32,000 nucleotides of DNA, from assembly GCF_020885515.1 (NCBI RefSeq), contig NZ_AP024987.1:570001-602000 (forward strand). Direction: 5' to 3'. The notes under the pieces are model-generated. The model did not search any database and had not been told where the DNA came from. It saw only the letters and a program-made list of their open reading frames with translations. The position numbers and the translations under genes were made by a program. Each line of letters opens with the position of its first letter. Within the stretch, counting starts at the first letter, position 1. Positions 20,376 through 32,000 of the stretch are shown here, in pieces. Source of the stretch: a cyanobacterium endosymbiont of Braarudosphaera bigelowii. Its GTDB lineage: Bacteria > Cyanobacteriota > Cyanobacteriia > Cyanobacteriales > Microcystaceae.

Positions 20376-20594
20376 CTATCCTCCACCTACTATAGTTACA
20401 ATTTCTAACTTATCTCCTGTTTTTAAAAAAGTATTTTCCCAATATTCTCGATGTAAAATCTCTCCATTATATTCAATAACTACTAAGTAAGGATTAAACT
20501 GCATTTTTTCTAAAAATTGCGGTAAATTAATTTTAGGTGCGAATGTTTTAGGTTTTCCATTGACTTGCAAAGTTATTGTTTTAGTATTTTCCAT
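20376..20594 (-). CDS. thiS: Sulfur carrier protein ThiS
   Basis: 72 aa, ubiquitin-like, ending GDKLEIVTIVGGG with terminal GG. Confidence 0.93.
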   Translation of the reverse strand: MENTKTITLQVNGKPKTFAPKINLPQFLEKMQFNPYLVVIEYNGEILHREYWENTFLKTGDKLEIVTIVGGG

Positions 20595-20749
20595 AAATAA
20601 TTTTATATTTGTAGGGACTTACAAGATCATAACAAATAATTGAATTCAATATATTATATGAAATTAACTTGAACTACATTTATAAATTCATACGTGCTAT
20701 TCCTTTTATATCTGCATTGTAAAATTTAATTACCTATTTTTATTAGTAT

Positions 20750-21766
20750 CTAAGATAAGTAATCTTGTATTAGAGATTTTGTTATCTCCTCAGGATTTTC
20801 TGCTTCCATAATTAAACGAATTACAGCTATTTGTTTCACACCTAGGGCAATAATATCATTAATATTATTTATATCTATTCCTCCAATAGCAAACCAAGGA
20901 ATGGTACAGTTATTGGCAACATAATTTAAATAATCTGACTTAATTGTTTTTTTTCTTGGTTTGTTGGGTGTTGAATTCATGGGCCCAACACCTATATAGT
21001 CTGCTCCTCCTTCAACTGCTTTCTTCATTTCTAAAGAATTTGTAGTCGAACATCCGATAATTATTTGTGGTCCAAGTATTTTTCTCGCTGTCTTAATTGG
21101 AATATCTTCTTGGCCTATATGTACTCCATCAGCATTTACAGCTAATGCTATATCAACTCTATTATTAACAATAAATAAAGCATCGTACTTATGACATAAT
21201 TCGCAAAGTTTTTTTGCCATTTTTAGATGTGAATGATCATCTATATTTTTTTCTCTATATTGCAGTATTCGTAATCCACCCTTTAAAGAAGATTCAACTA
21301 TATTAAACAAGTTTTCTGTAGGTGAAGTAATAAGATATATTGATGCTTTGCGAAGTTTTTCACAATTAGAATATCGCATCAAAGAGCTCTCTAGTATATA
21401 AACTTTATAACGAATTTTTTTAAAAGATTTTCCCATTTCGCTGTGATAAAGTTTTCCATATTCTTCTAGCACCCTTAATGATTCCTGTATACGACATAAA
21501 TTAGCTTGTAAAAGTTCTTCGATACTATTTTTCGCTTCTTCTTTAGGATGTGATAAATCTACACCTGGATCGTTCTCAGTATCTCTTGATAAACGTATCT
21601 CAGAAGTATGCCAGAAGGCAAGCTCCTGGCGCATTTCTTTACAAATTTCAGCTAAATTACTTTTTTTGAGACCAAAACGGCACCATTCTTCTACAACTCT
21701 TATACCTTCTCTAGCTCTATCTAGGTTGGCATCTAGAATTTGAGAGATTAAAAAATTATTATTCAT
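20750..21766 (-). CDS. thiE: Thiamine-phosphate synthase, long cyanobacterial form with N-terminal extension
   Basis: C-terminal ThiE: LRILQYREKN, LFIVNNRVDIALAVNADGVHIGQED, IIGCSTTN, YIGVGPMNSTPNK and PWFAIGGI; about 140-aa N-terminal helical domain. Confidence 0.93.
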   Translation of the reverse strand: MNNNFLISQILDANLDRAREGIRVVEEWCRFGLKKSNLAEICKEMRQELAFWHTSEIRLSRDTENDPGVDLSHPKEEAKNSIEELLQANLCRIQESLRVLEEYGKLYHSEMGKSFKKIRYKVYILESSLMRYSNCEKLRKASIYLITSPTENLFNIVESSLKGGLRILQYREKNIDDHSHLKMAKKLCELCHKYDALFIVNNRVDIALAVNADGVHIGQEDIPIKTARKILGPQIIIGCSTTNSLEMKKAVEGGADYIGVGPMNSTPNKPRKKTIKSDYLNYVANNCTIPWFAIGGIDINNINDIIALGVKQIAVIRLIMEAENPEEITKSLIQDYLS

Positions 21767-21803
21767 AATATATTTCCTAGTTTCGAATGATTATATATTT
21801 TTA

Positions 21804-21859
21804 CATTAAGATAGAAAAGGTGCACTGCTAATTAGCAATACACCTTTTCTATCTTAATG
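21804..21859. terminator. Hairpin with 19-bp perfect stem (21804-21822/21841-21859) and a small inner tgct/agca stem
   Basis: cattaagatagaaaaggtg / caccttttctatcttaatg. Lies 90 nt downstream of the minus-strand transaldolase stop. Confidence 0.8.
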
Positions 21860-21948
21860 GTCATTCTTGATTCCATTCCTATCATTAAAAATAGACCATT
21901 ATTTTGCTATGATCCAGACTGGAAATAAAATTGCTATTTAAAACTCGT

Positions 21949-22929
21949 CTATTTCTCAATATGAGCTAGTCTCATTTTAAGCATTTCTTCGAGAGATTCC
22001 AATGCCTGTGTAAATCCTTTAATTCCTTCATCTAGCTTGTCATAGGCCATTTGATTTTCCTTATGCATCTTATCGAAAGTAGCCTTGTCAATAGAAATTT
22101 TTTCAATGTCCATACTTGCAGCTTTACTTGGATCAAGCTTACGTAGTAGTGTATCATCGGTAGATTTTAATTCTTCTAGAAGTTTAGGAGAAATAGTTAA
22201 TAAATCAGATCCCGCTAATTCGCGAATTTCTCCAATATTTCGGAAACTTGCCCCCATAACCTCAGTTTTATAACCAAACTTTTTATAGTAATTATATATT
22301 TTAGTGACTGAGACCACACCAGGATCTTCCATAGAAGAGTATTCTTTCCCGGTATTTTTTTTGTACCAATCTAGGATCCTTCCAACAAAAGGAGAGATTA
22401 AAGTAATACCTGCTTCTGCACAAGCGATTGCTTGATGCAAACCAAATAGTAAAGTTAAGTTACAGTGAATACCTTCCTTCTCTAAAACCTCTGCCGCTTT
22501 AATACCTTCCCAAGTAGAAGCAATTTTAATCAAAACACGTTCACGAGAAATTCCTGCTTTTTCGTATTCAGAAATTAAAAAATGAGCTTTATTAATGGTT
22601 GCCTCCATATCGTATGATAAACGTGCGTCAACTTCTGTAGAAACTCGACCTGGTATAATTTCGAGAATTTTTAAACCAAAACCTACTGCTAATCTATCAA
22701 AAGCTAAAATTGTGACATCAGATTCGCTTGCATTTTTACCCAATTCTTTTCTTGCAGTTATTAAAGTATCATCTACAATAGATTGGTATTGCGGCATCTG
22801 AGCTGCAGCTGTGATCAGAGATGGATTGGTAGTAGCATCACGAGGTGTAAAAGTTTCAATAGCTTGAATATCCCCAGTATCGGCTACAACAACTGTAAAT
22901 TCTTTTAATTGTTCTAATAACGTTCCCAT
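21949..22929 (-). CDS. tal: Transaldolase; probable start [11 protein letters not shown] at 22929 rather than the track start 22947
   Basis: [38 protein letters not shown]-like region, [32 protein letters not shown]. Confidence 0.95.
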   Translation of the reverse strand: MGTLLEQLKEFTVVVADTGDIQAIETFTPRDATTNPSLITAAAQMPQYQSIVDDTLITARKELGKNASESDVTILAFDRLAVGFGLKILEIIPGRVSTEVDARLSYDMEATINKAHFLISEYEKAGISRERVLIKIASTWEGIKAAEVLEKEGIHCNLTLLFGLHQAIACAEAGITLISPFVGRILDWYKKNTGKEYSSMEDPGVVSVTKIYNYYKKFGYKTEVMGASFRNIGEIRELAGSDLLTISPKLLEELKSTDDTLLRKLDPSKAASMDIEKISIDKATFDKMHKENQMAYDKLDEGIKGFTQALESLEEMLKMRLAHIEK

Positions 22930-23151
22930 AATTACTCCTTCCGACACAAGTGAAAATTCTAAAATTTAAATGGATAACCTCAGTCTAATCAACCTGAATT
23001 ATGCTATCTTCTTAACCTTATCAGCCACCCCTTATTTCAGTAAATAATTTCAGGAATTACTTAATTATTTGAACTTCCTTTATCTAGAAATTATCGAAAA
23101 AGATATCTAAAAAACTAAGACATTATCTTACAGTTAAATGGTAATAGTTAT

Positions 23152-23673
23152 TTAAAAATTTTCTCCTTCTGAGCGAGAGCTTGTAGAACCTTGAGGATTC
23201 AAAAATAAGTTTCCAGCAGCATCATTTGGATAAATGCAGTTAATACTAGGTTTACTTTCAAGGGAACCGACAAATCCAAAAGTATTCATTCGATTTTTGC
23301 AATCTCTAACTTGTTCCCCTGAAATTAACCTTTTTTGTTCTAACAAAGTCATATTGGAGCGGCGCAATACACATCCAGGTTGCATTTGCGGCTGAGTTGC
23401 ATAAACACTAAAAGGGTTTAAAGATAAGAATATACGCATATCAGTAACAATCGCACTTGCTCCGTACTGTACACAAAGTTCTGGGTTGGGGGCACTTTTA
23501 TCAATAACCTCTCTGGAAACAACATTTTGTGGGTTAAAACTTGCATTAGAAGTTATTCCAATACCTACTCCAATGCCTAGTATAAAAGTGCCTCCAAACA
23601 AAGCAATTTTACTATAGTTATTTGAAATTATTGACTGCTGTGAAGAATAACGAGAAGGAATTTTACGAGCCAT
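23152..23673 (-). CDS. DUF3172-family protein
   Basis: N-terminal TM (IALFGGTFILGIGVGIGI), NPELCVQYGASAIVTDMRIFLSLNPFSVYATQP. Confidence 0.75.
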   Translation of the reverse strand: MARKIPSRYSSQQSIISNNYSKIALFGGTFILGIGVGIGITSNASFNPQNVVSREVIDKSAPNPELCVQYGASAIVTDMRIFLSLNPFSVYATQPQMQPGCVLRRSNMTLLEQKRLISGEQVRDCKNRMNTFGFVGSLESKPSINCIYPNDAAGNLFLNPQGSTSSRSEGENF

Positions 23674-23834
23674 ATCATTACTAAATTTACTTTGTGTATA
23701 TTGAGTTTACCTTTATATCTATTTAGGATGAAAAATATTATTCATATCTATTTCTCTATATAAAAAAAGGCCTATCATTTATAGTGAAAAATGATTTACA
23801 GTAATTTGAGATATCTTTGCAATAAAAAACAATT

Positions 23835-24215
23835 ATGAAAGTTTTACAGATAATAAAAATAGTTGGAGGAACAGTTTTTATAGGATTAGGAGTTGTCATG
23901 ATCGTAACTAATCCTGGAAAACATGCATATGAAAAATATGCTGCTAAAACTCTTACAGGATATTTAAAACAAGAAGTTTGTTCACAATCTTCAGGAGTAC
24001 TAGGAAGTTTCCTTTCGGAACACTGTAAAACACTTGTAGATATAGGTAAATCGAATATTCATAAAGTTATTTCAAATAAAACTGTTCGTCAGAATTACTT
24101 ACTGTTCAGCATCTATGAAACTGAATTATTATTACCTCCTCCAATTTCTAACTATGAGTTCGAAACTATTGGAATATTCCGAAAATTTTATACTTATCAA
24201 GCTGATAAATTTTAG
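23835..24215 (+). CDS. DUF4359-like protein of unknown function
   Basis: 126 aa, one N-terminal hydrophobic segment and NPGKHAYEKYAAKTLTGYLKQEVC. Confidence 0.65.
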   Translation: MKVLQIIKIVGGTVFIGLGVVMIVTNPGKHAYEKYAAKTLTGYLKQEVCSQSSGVLGSFLSEHCKTLVDIGKSNIHKVISNKTVRQNYLLFSIYETELLLPPPISNYEFETIGIFRKFYTYQADKF

Positions 24216-24423
24216 ATTAAATATCTATAATTAGTTTTCATTGACTGGACATTTCTGGCTATTCAAGTATAAGAATAGGATTTCATATTTTTGTATTTTA
24301 GAAAAAAAGTATGACACTTCAGTATAAAAAAATTACATTAACTCATTTTCAAAATCCTTGCTTTTCTAAAACTTATATATAAATTTTGAACTGATATGAC
24401 ATACCTTAAGGTTAAGAAGAAAT

Positions 24424-25209
24424 ATGATTCCTCAAGCAGCAAATGTAATAGAAACTTTAATTAATATGGCTCAACAGGGAGAGATTGATCCTTGGGATGT
24501 TCAAGTAATTGAAGTAGTTGATCGTTTTCTAAATGAACTAAAAAAGACTAAACATTCTGATAAAGTTTTTCAGGAAACTACTCTACCAAAATCAGGACAG
24601 GCCTTTTTATGGGCATCTATGTTAGTTCGTTTTAAGGCTGATACTCTTGATAAGCTTCATTCCTACAATACAATACAAGAAAATTTTGATGAAATTAACG
24701 ATATTGAAGTTGAAGAAGATGCTGCTAAAAGTCAGTTATTACGACCAGATTTAGAAGAACACTTACGTCGTCGTAATGCTGCATTACCAAATTATAAACG
24801 TCGAGTAAATTTACAGGAATTAATTAATTATATTAAGGAATTTGCAGAAGAGTTAGAAACATCCGAACCCTTTAAAAGACGTCAAAAAAGTCCTTGTGCT
24901 TATTCACAGAAGGAAGCTAAAAAAATGGTTGTTGAGCTTGCGCATCAAGAAAATTTGACAGAACTAGCTAAGCAATTAGAAATTTTTCTTCAGGAAAAAT
25001 ATTCGCAATACATTCAAACTCAAAAAAAAATCAATATTGAAGATCTCTTGAATAAATGGCATAAAGTCGCTCGACCTAGTGATGAACATAAAGTAGAAAC
25101 TCAAGATAGAGTTGGAATTTTTTGGGCCTTGCTACTTTTAGCATCACAGTCTAAAGTTGAATTATTTCAAGAAGAGCTTTACCAAAATTTGTATATTCAA
25201 GTCTTATAA
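24424..25209 (+). CDS. scpA: Segregation and condensation protein A
   Basis: LINMAQQGEIDPWDVQVIEVVDRFL and SGQAFLWASMLVRFKADTL. Confidence 0.9.
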   Translation: MIPQAANVIETLINMAQQGEIDPWDVQVIEVVDRFLNELKKTKHSDKVFQETTLPKSGQAFLWASMLVRFKADTLDKLHSYNTIQENFDEINDIEVEEDAAKSQLLRPDLEEHLRRRNAALPNYKRRVNLQELINYIKEFAEELETSEPFKRRQKSPCAYSQKEAKKMVVELAHQENLTELAKQLEIFLQEKYSQYIQTQKKINIEDLLNKWHKVARPSDEHKVETQDRVGIFWALLLLASQSKVELFQEELYQNLYIQVL

Positions 25210-25309
25210 ATAATTTTTTTTAAATTCTTATCGAGATTTTTGAAAAGTAAATGGTAAACTAAGCATTGTCGTCTAAAAAACCTATGGCAAAGATTGAGGA
25301 AAAGTATTC

Positions 25310-26473
25310 ATGAAAGCCATGATTCTAGCTGCTGGTAAAGGAACTCGAGTTCGCCCTATTACTCAAACTATTCCTAAGCCCTTAATACCTATTTTACAAA
25401 AACCTGTAATGGAGTTTTTGCTTGAGCTATTGCGAAAACATGGCTTTGATCAAGTCATGGTAAATGTTAGTCATTTAGCAGAGGAAATTGAAAGTTATTT
25501 CCGTGATGGACAACGTTTTGGTGTACAAATAGCTTATTCGTTTGAAGGAAAGATTATTGATGGTGATTTAGTAGGAGAAGCTTTAGGATCTGCAGGAGGA
25601 CTGAGACGCATTCAAGACTTTAATCCTTTTTTTGATGATACTTTCATTGTTTTATGTGGTGATGCACTAATAGATTTAGACTTAACAGCTGCTGTAAAGT
25701 GGCATAAGGAAAAGGGTGCAATTGCTACAGTTGTTACTAAATCAGTCTCGAAAGAGGTGGTTTCCAGTTATGGAGTGGTAGTAACTGACGAAGAAGGTAA
25801 AATTAAAACTTTTCAAGAAAAGCCTTCTATTGAAGAAGCATTGAGTACAAATATCAATACTGGAATTTATATTTTTGAACCAGAGATTATTAATTATATT
25901 CCTCCAAATAAAAAATATGACATAGGAAGTGAATTGTTCCCCAAATTAGTTAGCGAAAATACACCTTTTTACGCAGTTAATATGGATTTTGAATGGGTTG
26001 ATATAGGCAAAGTTCCTGATTACTGGCACGCTATACGTGGTGTTTTACAAAGAACAATTAAAAACGTTCAGATACCAGGTATCGAAGTTAAGCCTGGTAT
26101 CTATACAGGATTAAATGTTTCTGTAAATTGGGATAAAGTTAATATTCAAGGACCTATCTATATTGGTGGAATGACTCATATTGAAGATGGAGCAACTATT
26201 ATTGGTCCTAGTATGATTGGTCCTAACTGTTGGATTTGTAGTAATGCTACTGTAGATAATAGCGTTATTTTTGAATATTCTCGCTTAGGGCCAGGAGTTA
26301 GATTAGCAGACAAACTAGTATTTGGACGATATTGTGTAGATAAAACAGGGGCTGCAATTGATGTGCAAGCAGCTGCCTTAGATTGGTTGATTACAGATTC
26401 TCGCCAAACTATGCCTTTCGATCACCAAAATCAACAAAAAGCTATTGCTGATTTACTTAATCAAGAGAATTAA
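25310..26473 (+). CDS. NDP-sugar pyrophosphorylase, probable mannose-1-phosphate guanylyltransferase type, with left-handed beta-helix C-terminus
   Basis: MKAMILAAGKGTRVRPITQTIPKPLIPI, VLCGDALIDLDL and hexapeptide-like C-terminal region. Substrate is inferred. Confidence 0.88.
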   Translation: MKAMILAAGKGTRVRPITQTIPKPLIPILQKPVMEFLLELLRKHGFDQVMVNVSHLAEEIESYFRDGQRFGVQIAYSFEGKIIDGDLVGEALGSAGGLRRIQDFNPFFDDTFIVLCGDALIDLDLTAAVKWHKEKGAIATVVTKSVSKEVVSSYGVVVTDEEGKIKTFQEKPSIEEALSTNINTGIYIFEPEIINYIPPNKKYDIGSELFPKLVSENTPFYAVNMDFEWVDIGKVPDYWHAIRGVLQRTIKNVQIPGIEVKPGIYTGLNVSVNWDKVNIQGPIYIGGMTHIEDGATIIGPSMIGPNCWICSNATVDNSVIFEYSRLGPGVRLADKLVFGRYCVDKTGAAIDVQAAALDWLITDSRQTMPFDHQNQQKAIADLLNQEN

Positions 26474-27704
26474 AACATTGATTGACAAGACATTCAGCTA
26501 TTTTTCTAGAAGCTCCTGGTTTTCCCATACGTTTTTTACCGTTTTTATTAAGATTATTTATTAATTCCTTGTCACTTAATAGTTTTCTTAAGGCTTCACT
26601 AATATCTTTTGGCTTCTCAGTTAAGATAACAGAAGGGCCCAATAAGCATGTTTGTTTTTCAGCAAATTGCCTAGTAAATTGTGGACCTTCTCCAGGAAAT
26701 GAAATAACAGGTTTTCCCAGGCCTACAAATTGTTCAGTAGCAGTTCCTGCCATAGCAATACCTAAATTAGACAATTGTAAACATTCGTTATAAGCAAATT
26801 GCGTAAGTATTAAAGTGGCGTTTTCCTTCTGAAACTGTAAGGCTTGGGAATCTTTGAAATTAATATAACTTCTATCTAATATTTGACTTTTCCAGTTATG
26901 CTTTATAAGCTCTTGTCGAAAAGGAATACAGTTTAAACTAGGAGCAATAGCACTTAAAAAAAGAAAAGATTTTTTAGGAAAAGATTCTAAAATGGTTTGA
27001 ACTGATTGTAAAATTAAAGTCCAGTTACGCAATGTTTCAGGAGTTCTCGAGCCAGGTAAAAGTAGAATTTTTATTTTATCTAGATGAATATTACGATAAG
27101 TTTGTTTCGCATCTGAAAAATCATCCATCATAGGATTTCCCAAAAAATGAGCAGAAATTTTCAGTTTATTTAGGTTAACTGCTGTTAAAGTATCTCTCAC
27201 AAAAACACCTTTACATTTAGCAGATTTCATTAACCAGCGCTCCCAAGGATAATATATTGACTTAAAGCAACGGTTAACTTTTAAAGTTGAAGATAGCCAA
27301 CCTTTTTCATCTCTAACATAGTATTCTGATTTAGCAACTCCAATAAAAACAAAATTAGTATTACTTAGCCAGGCAAAAAATAAAGGTAGAATGTCCCCAA
27401 CTGCTAATATCACTCCATCTTTTTTGCCCCATTGATAAATTACTTGGTACTGCTGATATGTTAAATTAATCAATCCTTTATTAACATCACGTAATAGTTC
27501 TGATGTTTGTTGATTAAATCCTCCAGAAGGCATAACGCTAACTTTGCCTATAATTGGAATCTGATTTTGTTTAAAAGCATGACCTTCTCCGACCAAAGGA
27601 AGTGCAACAATCTGAGAAACTTCAGAGTAAGTCATTAATTTTTTAATAATAGAAATAGCAATGATATCTTCTCCATGTCCATTACTAATTGCTAGAATTT
27701 TCAT
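26457..27704 (-). CDS. Lipid-A-disaccharide synthase-related (LpxB-like) protein
   Basis: ISNGHGEDIIAISIIKKL, LLPGSRTPETLRNW, LGIAMAGTATEQFVGLGKPVISFPGEGPQFTRQFAEKQ. Confidence 0.85.
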   Translation of the reverse strand: MKILAISNGHGEDIIAISIIKKLMTYSEVSQIVALPLVGEGHAFKQNQIPIIGKVSVMPSGGFNQQTSELLRDVNKGLINLTYQQYQVIYQWGKKDGVILAVGDILPLFFAWLSNTNFVFIGVAKSEYYVRDEKGWLSSTLKVNRCFKSIYYPWERWLMKSAKCKGVFVRDTLTAVNLNKLKISAHFLGNPMMDDFSDAKQTYRNIHLDKIKILLLPGSRTPETLRNWTLILQSVQTILESFPKKSFLFLSAIAPSLNCIPFRQELIKHNWKSQILDRSYINFKDSQALQFQKENATLILTQFAYNECLQLSNLGIAMAGTATEQFVGLGKPVISFPGEGPQFTRQFAEKQTCLLGPSVILTEKPKDISEALRKLLSDKELINNLNKNGKKRMGKPGASRKIAECLVNQCFNSLD

Positions 27705-27810
27705 AAATTTTATTAAAATAATTAGCTAAGATGTATATTATTATCTTTCCCTAAAATTTGTAATAATTGTAAACATTTTTTGTTTCTTATTACTAGTAAG
27801 AACGATATTT

Positions 27811-27862
27811 GAGATATTGATTATTTAATTTACCTATACATAGATTAAATAATTAATATCTT
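27811..27862. other. Long intergenic inverted repeat (about 19-bp stem with G-U pairs, 14-nt loop) upstream of the LpxB-like gene
   Basis: gatattgattatttaat (27813-27829) versus attaaataattaatatc (27844-27860). Confidence 0.45.
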
Positions 27863-28495
27863 AAAATCATAAACTTAACTCTAGCTATCTTTCGAATGGA
27901 ATATTATTCCAGTAAACACTTTGATTATTATTGTATGATACCTTGATCAACTATTTTAGGTTAGTAATAGAATAACTTATTTTAAAAAACTTCTATTTAA
28001 TAGATTAGCGCATACCTTACTAACGCCTAAGAACATTAGCGTATTTAACTTACCTAAGACATTAATTCTAATTGTTAAAATTAGTCTTTCCTTCTATTAA
28101 TCAAGAGTTTTGTTTTACTAATAAAACTTTTATAACGTTAATCTATAGATCTAAAAGCTCTATTAAATTTAAACTAGGACTATTTATATTTAATTATTAT
28201 TATTCACTATTATCTTGCTTGACGTTATAGTATTGTTTCATATAATGAAAAATCTAAATAACATTAATATTTTTTAGATTTAGCTAAATTCTTTACTAAT
28301 TGAATTTACTGGTTAAAATAATTAACGTTATGAGTTTAATAAGTTAAATATTTTGTACCTGTTAAGTTAGAGTTTCATTAATTAGTGTTCTGATGACTTA
28401 ATCTAAATAAAAGTTCAAGATTATTTGCTTCGGATTTACTAGAAGGTGATAAACTGACCTACTAGACACAAAATTCTTAATATTCAATGGTCTAA

Positions 28496-29716
<1,221 letters not shown>

Positions 29717-29757
29717 TCATATAAGGCATAGTATCCTAGCCAGTTGGTATTCTATCG

Positions 29758-29815
29758 TACTAAGAAAAGCCTCATTAACCATAATACAAACTGGTTAGTG
29801 AGGTCTTTCTTAGTA
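29758..29815. terminator. Bidirectional terminator-like hairpin between convergent genes: 23-nt arms, two G-U pairs and one mismatch, 12-nt loop
   Basis: tactaagaaaagcctcattaacc (29758-29780) versus ggttagtgaggtctttcttagta (29793-29815). Confidence 0.8.
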
Positions 29816-29924
29816 GAAAGTTCTGAATTATTATTTAAATATTACTAAAATTATTAATTTATTAGATATTGATAAAATACTTCTACCTTTATACTCATGA
29901 TAATATTTTCTGATAGTTTATTTA

Positions 29925-30863
29925 TTACTTTTTGATAGCATAAAACATTCCAAATTTACAAAGACCTGTTCCAAAAGCTATACGCATTAAGAATAATGTT
30001 GGAATTTCTCGTAAAGACTTAATAAAACCTGTAATACCAAAATACCATAAGCCTTTAGGTCGTTTAATTCCTTGCCAAATAGAATCTAACCAAGAAGGAA
30101 GGGTCTGTTCTGTCCAATCCTCGGTAATTACTTTTCCTTGCACCGAACCTGTCATTTCTAGAAGCTCTGCAAAACCTTCAATACTTGCAAAAGCGGGATG
30201 AGACCATTGATCTAGAAGTTGTTTCATGATAGCTGATTCTAAGGAATTTAAAGGTTGCTGTCGATCATCACGCTGATTCCAGTCAGCAACAACTAAGATA
30301 CCGTTAGGCTTGAGAACACGAAGTAATTCTTGAGCAAACTTCTTTTTATTAGACATATGAGGACCTGCCTCAATGCACCATACCACATCAAAACTAGCAT
30401 CAGGAAAAGACAAATTCATGGCATCATCCACCATAAACTTAGTATTTAGAGCTAAGGGAGTAAGTTCTTGAGCACGTTTTACTTGTTTTGGACTGATAGT
30501 AATACCAGTAACATTGAAACCATAATCTTTTGACAAAATACGGCTACTCCCTCCGATACCACAACCTACATCAAGGAGGTCAGATCCAGTCGGTAATTTA
30601 TTTAGTTTTCCCCAACAGACCATCTCATGAACAAAATCAGATTTTGCTTTCAAAAAGTCTTTCCTCTCAGGTGGAGAACCATAATACCCTAAATGAATAT
30701 GTTCACCCCAATAAAATTCCAATATACCGTCTTCTGTCCATTGGTCATAAGAATAGGCTACTGATTCAGAGGACTGATAAGGACGAGCTGAGAGAAAATA
30801 AATTGTGCTAGATATACCTAAAAGTAATAATAATATTCCAATAGTCACATATAGTAAATCCAT
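29925..30863 (-). CDS. Membrane-anchored SAM methyltransferase, MPBQ/MSBQ methyltransferase (Synechocystis Sll0418-like)
   Basis: N-terminal TM, then SSESVAYSYDQWTEDGILEFYWGEHIHLGYYG, LLDVGCGIGGSSRILSKDYGFNVTGITIS, VVADWNQRDDRQ and FGTGLCKFGMFYAIKK. Confidence 0.85.
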   Translation of the reverse strand: MDLLYVTIGILLLLLGISSTIYFLSARPYQSSESVAYSYDQWTEDGILEFYWGEHIHLGYYGSPPERKDFLKAKSDFVHEMVCWGKLNKLPTGSDLLDVGCGIGGSSRILSKDYGFNVTGITISPKQVKRAQELTPLALNTKFMVDDAMNLSFPDASFDVVWCIEAGPHMSNKKKFAQELLRVLKPNGILVVADWNQRDDRQQPLNSLESAIMKQLLDQWSHPAFASIEGFAELLEMTGSVQGKVITEDWTEQTLPSWLDSIWQGIKRPKGLWYFGITGFIKSLREIPTLFLMRIAFGTGLCKFGMFYAIKK

Positions 30864-31382
30864 GATAATTTTAAAATAAAACTCTTAATAATATTAACTT
30901 TTTACTAAACTATTATATCGATTCTTTTAACTTTTAATTTTATTTAAAAATAAATACAAGATAGCAATAAAAGACTATTACTTTCATCCTGAAAAAATGT
31001 TTTAATGCTTATTAATCTATTACTTAGATAAGCACTAATGGCAATTATACTATTAATCTAATTAATAATAGTCAATTATTTATTTTTTAACTAGTATTTA
31101 AAAATAAATTGGTAAGTAAACATATTTACTTAAATAAATATATTCGTTTTATATAAATCTTATAATTGACTATGATAACTTGGTTTTTTATAAAAAAATG
31201 TCGTATTATTTAATCATAACATGCTTAAAATTTTTAGATTTTTAACTACTTATTGATTTGGCGAATATAGAAATCAAGTTTTTTCTCACTAAAAAAAATC
31301 AAAACTTTTAATCATTAGAACTGGTAAAAAAACTTATATTTCATGTTAAGTACTCAATTATATTCATAGCTTTTAAAATTAT

Positions 31383-32000
31383 ATGATTTCCCACAATAGT
31401 TTTGATTTTCAGGATGAATTTGATGTCATTGTAATTGGCGCAGGACATTCCGGATGTGAAGCTGCATTAGCAGCATCTCGTTTAGGCTGTAAAACTTTAA
31501 TACTAACCTTAAATCTTGATCGTATTGCTTGGCAACCATGTAATCCTGCAGTAGGAGGACCTGCAAAATCTCAATTGGCTCATGAAGTGGATGCTTTGGG
31601 TGGAGAAATTGGGAAGGTAACTGATTTAACATACTTACAAAAACGGGTTCTTAATGCCTCTAGAGGTCCCGCAGTTTGGGCATTACGCGCTCAAGTTGAC
31701 AAACGTGAATATTCTGCAGTTATGAAGGCAATTATTGAGAATCAAGAAAATCTCAACATTCGTGAAGGTATGGTCACTGATTTAGTATTAGGCCAGAATG
31801 ATGAAATCATGGGAGTTCAGACATATTTTGGTAGTTGTTTTGCTGCAAAAGCAGTTATCTTGGCAACTGGGACTTTTCTCGGAGGACAAATTTGGATTGG
31901 TGGTAAATCTATGGATGCTGGTAGAGCTGGTGAGTTTTCTTCTGTTAAATTGACTAATACTCTTAAACAGTTAGGATTTAAAACAGAAAGGTTGAAGACC
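31383..32000 (+). CDS. mnmG: tRNA uridine-5-carboxymethylaminomethyl modification enzyme MnmG (GidA), 5' part, runs off the window
   Basis: My translation from ATG 31383: [77 protein letters not shown]..., open to 32000. The track omits it because it is incomplete. Confidence 0.96.
   Translation, partial: MISHNSFDFQDEFDVIVIGAGHSGCEAALAASRLGCKTLILTLNLDRIAWQPCNPAVGGPAKSQLAHEVDALGGEIGKVTDLTYLQKRVLNASRGPAVWALRAQVDKREYSAVMKAIIENQENLNIREGMVTDLVLGQNDEIMGVQTYFGSCFAAKAVILATGTFLGGQIWIGGKSMDAGRAGEFSSVKLTNTLKQLGFKTERLKT

Noticed and set aside
20595-21948. TPP riboswitch near thiE/thiS
   Set aside because: I looked for THI-box-like CTGAGA...ACC and GAACCTGATC..GTTA motifs in the flanking spacers and saw none; an Rfam covariance search would be decisive.
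22085-22801. Plus-strand ORFs 22085..22273 and 22595..22801
   Set aside because: Both are antisense shadows within transaldolase.
26482-26793. 103-aa plus-strand ORF
   Set aside because: Entirely antisense to the well-supported LpxB-like gene.
30530-30811. 93-aa plus-strand ORF
   Set aside because: Antisense to the methyltransferase gene.
31426-31632. 68-aa minus-strand ORF
   Set aside because: Antisense to the conserved 5' part of mnmG.

Overview
AT-rich (about 30% G+C by eye), ordinary-looking chromosomal segment of a cyanobacterium. The Crocosphaera/Cyanothece-like proteins and long, apparently empty spacers suggest a reduced or host-associated relative such as UCYN-A or a diatom spheroid body; this placement is inference. 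I can support about 28 protein-coding genes: cdsA, rpe, a FutC/FbpC-like ABC ATPase, an acyl-CoA/ACP ligase, a VanY-type carboxypeptidase, coaE, a lone sugar-ABC permease, ycf20, glucokinase, a GH3 hexosaminidase, rbfA, thiS, thiE, transaldolase, scpA, a sugar nucleotidyltransferase, an LpxB-like protein, sqdB, an MPBQ/MSBQ-type methyltransferase, the 5' part of mnmG, and several conserved cyanobacterial proteins of unknown function. I found no tRNA, rRNA, CRISPR array, transposase, phage module or defence island, and no convincing new multigene system. The non-routine signals are: (1) a 48-bp perfect inverted repeat with a 2-nt spacer at 13383-13480, 4 nt after a stop codon; (2) a recurring set of unusually long 3'-end hairpins (15-95, 2864-2957, 5986-6021, 21804-21859, 29758-29815); (3) a predicted lipoprotein with a 90-bp tandem array, four copies identical and the fifth differing by four nonsynonymous transitions; (4) long ORF-poor spacers containing inverted repeats, especially 10052-11142.
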